64,000 nt of DNA from Eledone cirrhosa (lineage: Eukaryota), in NCBI GenBank assembly GCA_964016885.1, contig OZ024740.1, positions 45,446,001 through 45,510,000 on the forward strand. The letters are read 5' to 3'. Positions 60,657 through 64,000 of this stretch are shown in pieces; the first letter of the stretch is position 1; every line of letters begins with the position of its first letter. Under the pieces are notes generated by a model. It saw nothing but the letters and a program-made list of their open reading frames with translations, made no database searches and was not told where the DNA came from. The position numbers and the translations under genes were made by a program.

Positions 60657-63600
60657 TCATCATCATCATCAACGTTTAACGTCCGTGTTCCACGCTTGCA
60701 TGGGTTTGGACGGGGGTTTTCCCACTTGAGGCAAGAGTGATTATCTTGCTCGCATAGGACTGTCTGGCGGGTTTTCTACAGCTGGATGCCCTTCCTAACA
60801 CCAACCACATTTACAGTGTGGGGCTGGGAGGTTTTTACCGCGTTGCCTACACGGCCACATTACAGCGTGGAGTGTCTGGCGGGTTTTCTACAGCTGGATG
60901 CCCTTCCTAACACCAACCACATTTACAGTGTGGGGCTGGGAGGTTTTTACCGTGTTGCCTACACGGCCACATTACAGCGTGAACTGTGTGTTTTTTGACG
61001 TGACACTACACGATCTCATTTGTTTCGGCCTGGATGTTGTGGCACCAACATAACTTTACATTGAAAGGGGTGGGGTGCGGGTTGTGGGACGGGGGTGTAT
61101 TTTGTTAGAGGTGCCTACTGACTGTAGTAGGTTTTACTTTGTATTTAGGTAAGGCGGGTCTTCTCTATTACTGAGTACCGCCAAAGGTCTCGGTCCAGTG
61201 ACATTGTCTTGGTGAGGTGTAAGTGTGTGAGGTCGGAATTTATCAGCTCGTCCCAGGTTTTTCTGGGTCTGCCTATTCCGTGGCTACCGTCTATCTTTAT
61301 TGCCCTGCACTTTGTTATACAGCTATCGTCCTTCATGCGCATCACGTGACCATACCAACGTAGCCTTCTCTCGAGTAAACAACATCTGATCCCTCTTATT
61401 TCTAGTTTTTTCCTTAGTTCGTTTATGCTTTGCCGTTCACGTATATTATTATTACACATCCAGCGGAGCATGCAAGCTTCGTTTCTCTCTAGTCTGCGTA
61501 TATCCTCTGCACACAATGCCCAGGTCTCACTGCCATGCAACATTGCTGTTCGTATGCAGGCATCGTACAACCTGCCTTTCATTTTTAGGGAGAACCCTTT
61601 AGCGGCTAATAGTGGTATAAGCTCTCTGAACTTTTTCCATCCAGTTCTGACTCTAGCTACTGTACTTTCAGAGCACCCTCCCCAACTGCTGATTTTGTCA
61701 CCCAGGTAACGGAAGCTGTCCACTATTTCTATAGAACCCTCTGCGCAGTTGAAAGAGCTAGTATTTTGTGGGCACTTGCTGCTACTTATTGCACCAGAGC
61801 ACCGGCCACATGTAAAATCTATGTTCTTAGTTAGCTTACCTGTGATCCCGCTACATCTTTTATGCACCCATACTTTGTATTTGGGACACAAAATGGAGTT
61901 TCTACCTACGCCTTTCCTACACACTGAGCATGGCCACTTCCCGGAAGGGGCCGCCGCCTAATTTTCTTTCTCACAAACTAGAACTTTAGTCTTAGCCAGG
62001 TTAATTTTAAGGCCTTTTGATTCTAGGCCGTGCTTCCATGTTTGGAATTTCTTCTCTAGCTCGGCCATTGATTCAGCTATGAGTGTTAGGTCGTCTGCGT
62101 ATAGGAGTTCCCATGGGCAACCGGTCTTGAACTCCTCTGTTATAGCCTGAAGGGCAATAATAAATAGTAGGGGGCTGAGAACAGAGCCCTGATGGACGCC
62201 AACTTTTACGCTAAACTCTTCACTATATTCGTTGTTAATTCTAACCTTGCTGACTGTTTCTTTATACATGGCTTGTATAGCTCTCACAAGCCATTCGTCA
62301 ACACCTAGTTTTCTAAGAGCCCACCAGATAATGGAACGGAGGACTCTGTCGAAGGCTTTCTCCAAGTCAACAAAAGCTAAGTATAGGGGTTTACTTTTAG
62401 CTAGGTACTTCTCCTGTAGTTGTCGTACAATGAAAAGAGCGTCTGTGGTACTTTTGCCTGACACAAACCCGAACTGCATTTCATCTAGATCAATTCTCTC
62501 TCTGATTAGTTGCGCTATTACTTTTTCCGTGACTTTCATGACCTGGTCGATTAATTTAATGCCTCTATAGTTACTCCTATCTAGGGCATCTCCTTTACCC
62601 TTATAACAGTTAACGATGATGCTGCTACGCCAGTCCTTCGGAACAACCCCATTCTGTACGACTTGGTTAACTATCCGGGTGACCATGGTGTGTCCCACCG
62701 TACCAGATGCCTTCAGTATCTCGGCAACTATTTCCGAAGGCCCAGCCGCCTTACCCGTCTTCATATCTTTGATTGCCTTACTTATTATACTACCCTCGAC
62801 TAACACTGCTGGTCCCTCTATTCGGTCGATGTGGGGGAGACTGTCTTTCTCCCATTTATTCTCCTCATTTAGTAGCCTTTCATAGTGACACTTCCAAGCT
62901 ACCTTCTTATCAGCGTCGGTGATGGCAAGTACGCCGTCATCATTAAGTACACACTTCTCCCCGACAATATCACGGTTTTCCTTGACACATTGCCTAGCAA
63001 TCCTGAACACCTCACGTTTTTGGTCCTCGCGTTGTAGAACATGCTTGAACTTTCTTTCCTCTGCTTCCCTTCTTGCGAAGTACACTTGTCTCCTAGCTTC
63101 CCTCCTGGCCACTTGATAGTCTTCTCTGCTTCCCCCATCCCTCCATACTTTCCAAGCCTGCTTTTTGGCCTTAATTGACCCCTCCACCTTACTGTTCCAC
63201 CACCATGTTACTCTCCTCTTGCCTACAGGCCTGCTCCAGCCACAGACTTCGTCTGCCGCCATCAGCAGGTTTGCTTTCAGGAATTCCCACTGCTCCTCTA
63301 TATTGTACGACTCTAATTGCTCTTCCTTACTGTCGAAAGCATCAAGTAGTATACTTTTGAATTTATTTCTGGCTGTGGGGTCCTTTAGCTTCCATATTTT
63401 TCTCCTGAGGATAGTCCTCTTCTGTTGTCTAGTACGTCTCGTCCTGACTATTAGGTCGCTAATTATCAGTCTATGTTGGGAGGTGCATTCTTCATGGGGG
63501 AGGGATTTAGTGTTTACAACAGACACTCTGTCACGTCTTCTGGTAAGGATATAATCTACCTGGCTTGTGTGTTCCCCCGATCTATAGGTGATCAGATGAT

Positions 63601-64000
63601 TGTCACGTTTTTTGAAGTTAGTGTTACAGATAGTTAGGTTATTTGCGTCACAGAATTCCAGGATTCTGGAGCCTTCCTCATTTCTAGTACCAAACCCATA
63701 GCCTCCATGGATTTCGTCGTAGCCGTCACAATGTTGTCCAACGTGACCATTTAGGTCGCCTGCAATAATTATATAATCACTGTCGGTTATTTGGGAGATA
63801 GTGAGCATCAGTGTCTCATAGAATCTGTCTTTTATAGTGCCGGATTGGGGTGCGTACGCAGATATTACTGTCACCGTAGTTCTATTGAGGACAAGTCTTA
63901 TTTTAATTATTCTGTCGTTCACTCTATTTACGTCTATTATCTTATCTGCCCACTTTTCTGCTACCATGATTCCTACTCCACCCAGCCCATTGTCATTTCC
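60657..64000 (-). mobile_element. Young RTE LINE (subfamily A); EN-RT ORF 61145->64000 open except one TAG at 61958-61960; 5' end beyond the window
   Basis: ORFs 61958-63967 (669 aa) and 61145-61924 are in the same frame. Motifs: SAYAPQ, GDLNGHVG, QFGF, FVDLEKAFDRV, HQGSVLSP, YADD, LRWYGHV. 3' UTR ends ggacgttaaacgtt(gat)n. Confidence 0.96.

Noticed and set aside
61425-63554. Plus-strand ORFs antisense to the RTE, and similar ones over 12-1665 and 57454-60376
   Set aside because: They are shadow ORFs of LINE coding sequence with no recognisable motifs.

Overview
AT-rich, repeat-dense animal genomic DNA. The repeat complement (RTE LINEs with (GAT)n tails, tRNA-derived SINEs, long (TA)n tracts) suggests a cephalopod such as octopus; this is an inference. 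Three spliced genes were reconstructed by hand from GT-AG sites and phase-consistent translation. (1) Three internal exons of a Polycomb-like (PCL/MTF2/PHF19-type) gene on the minus strand at 2609-5465. (2) The last two exons of a medium-chain acyl-CoA synthetase (ACSM-like) gene on the plus strand at 24731-26056. (3) Eighteen 3' exons (866 codons plus stop) of condensin subunit SMC4 on the minus strand at 31261-55299. Between the first two genes lie a ~14.7 kb 31-bp tandem array with higher-order structure, a 200-N gap and a 1.6 kb (TA)-rich tract; the 5271-aa ORF there is a repeat artefact. The rest is transposon-derived: a decayed CR1-like LINE, two RTE subfamilies (one copy intact except for one stop), two mariner relics, two SINE families and TTAA/TA-type MITEs. 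The most interesting observations are a C4HC3 PHD-type finger inserted inside the RTE reverse transcriptase, a modular LINE-SINE network, a repeated element with H/ACA-like architecture, and the stop-free satellite. No entirely new system can be established from sequence alone.
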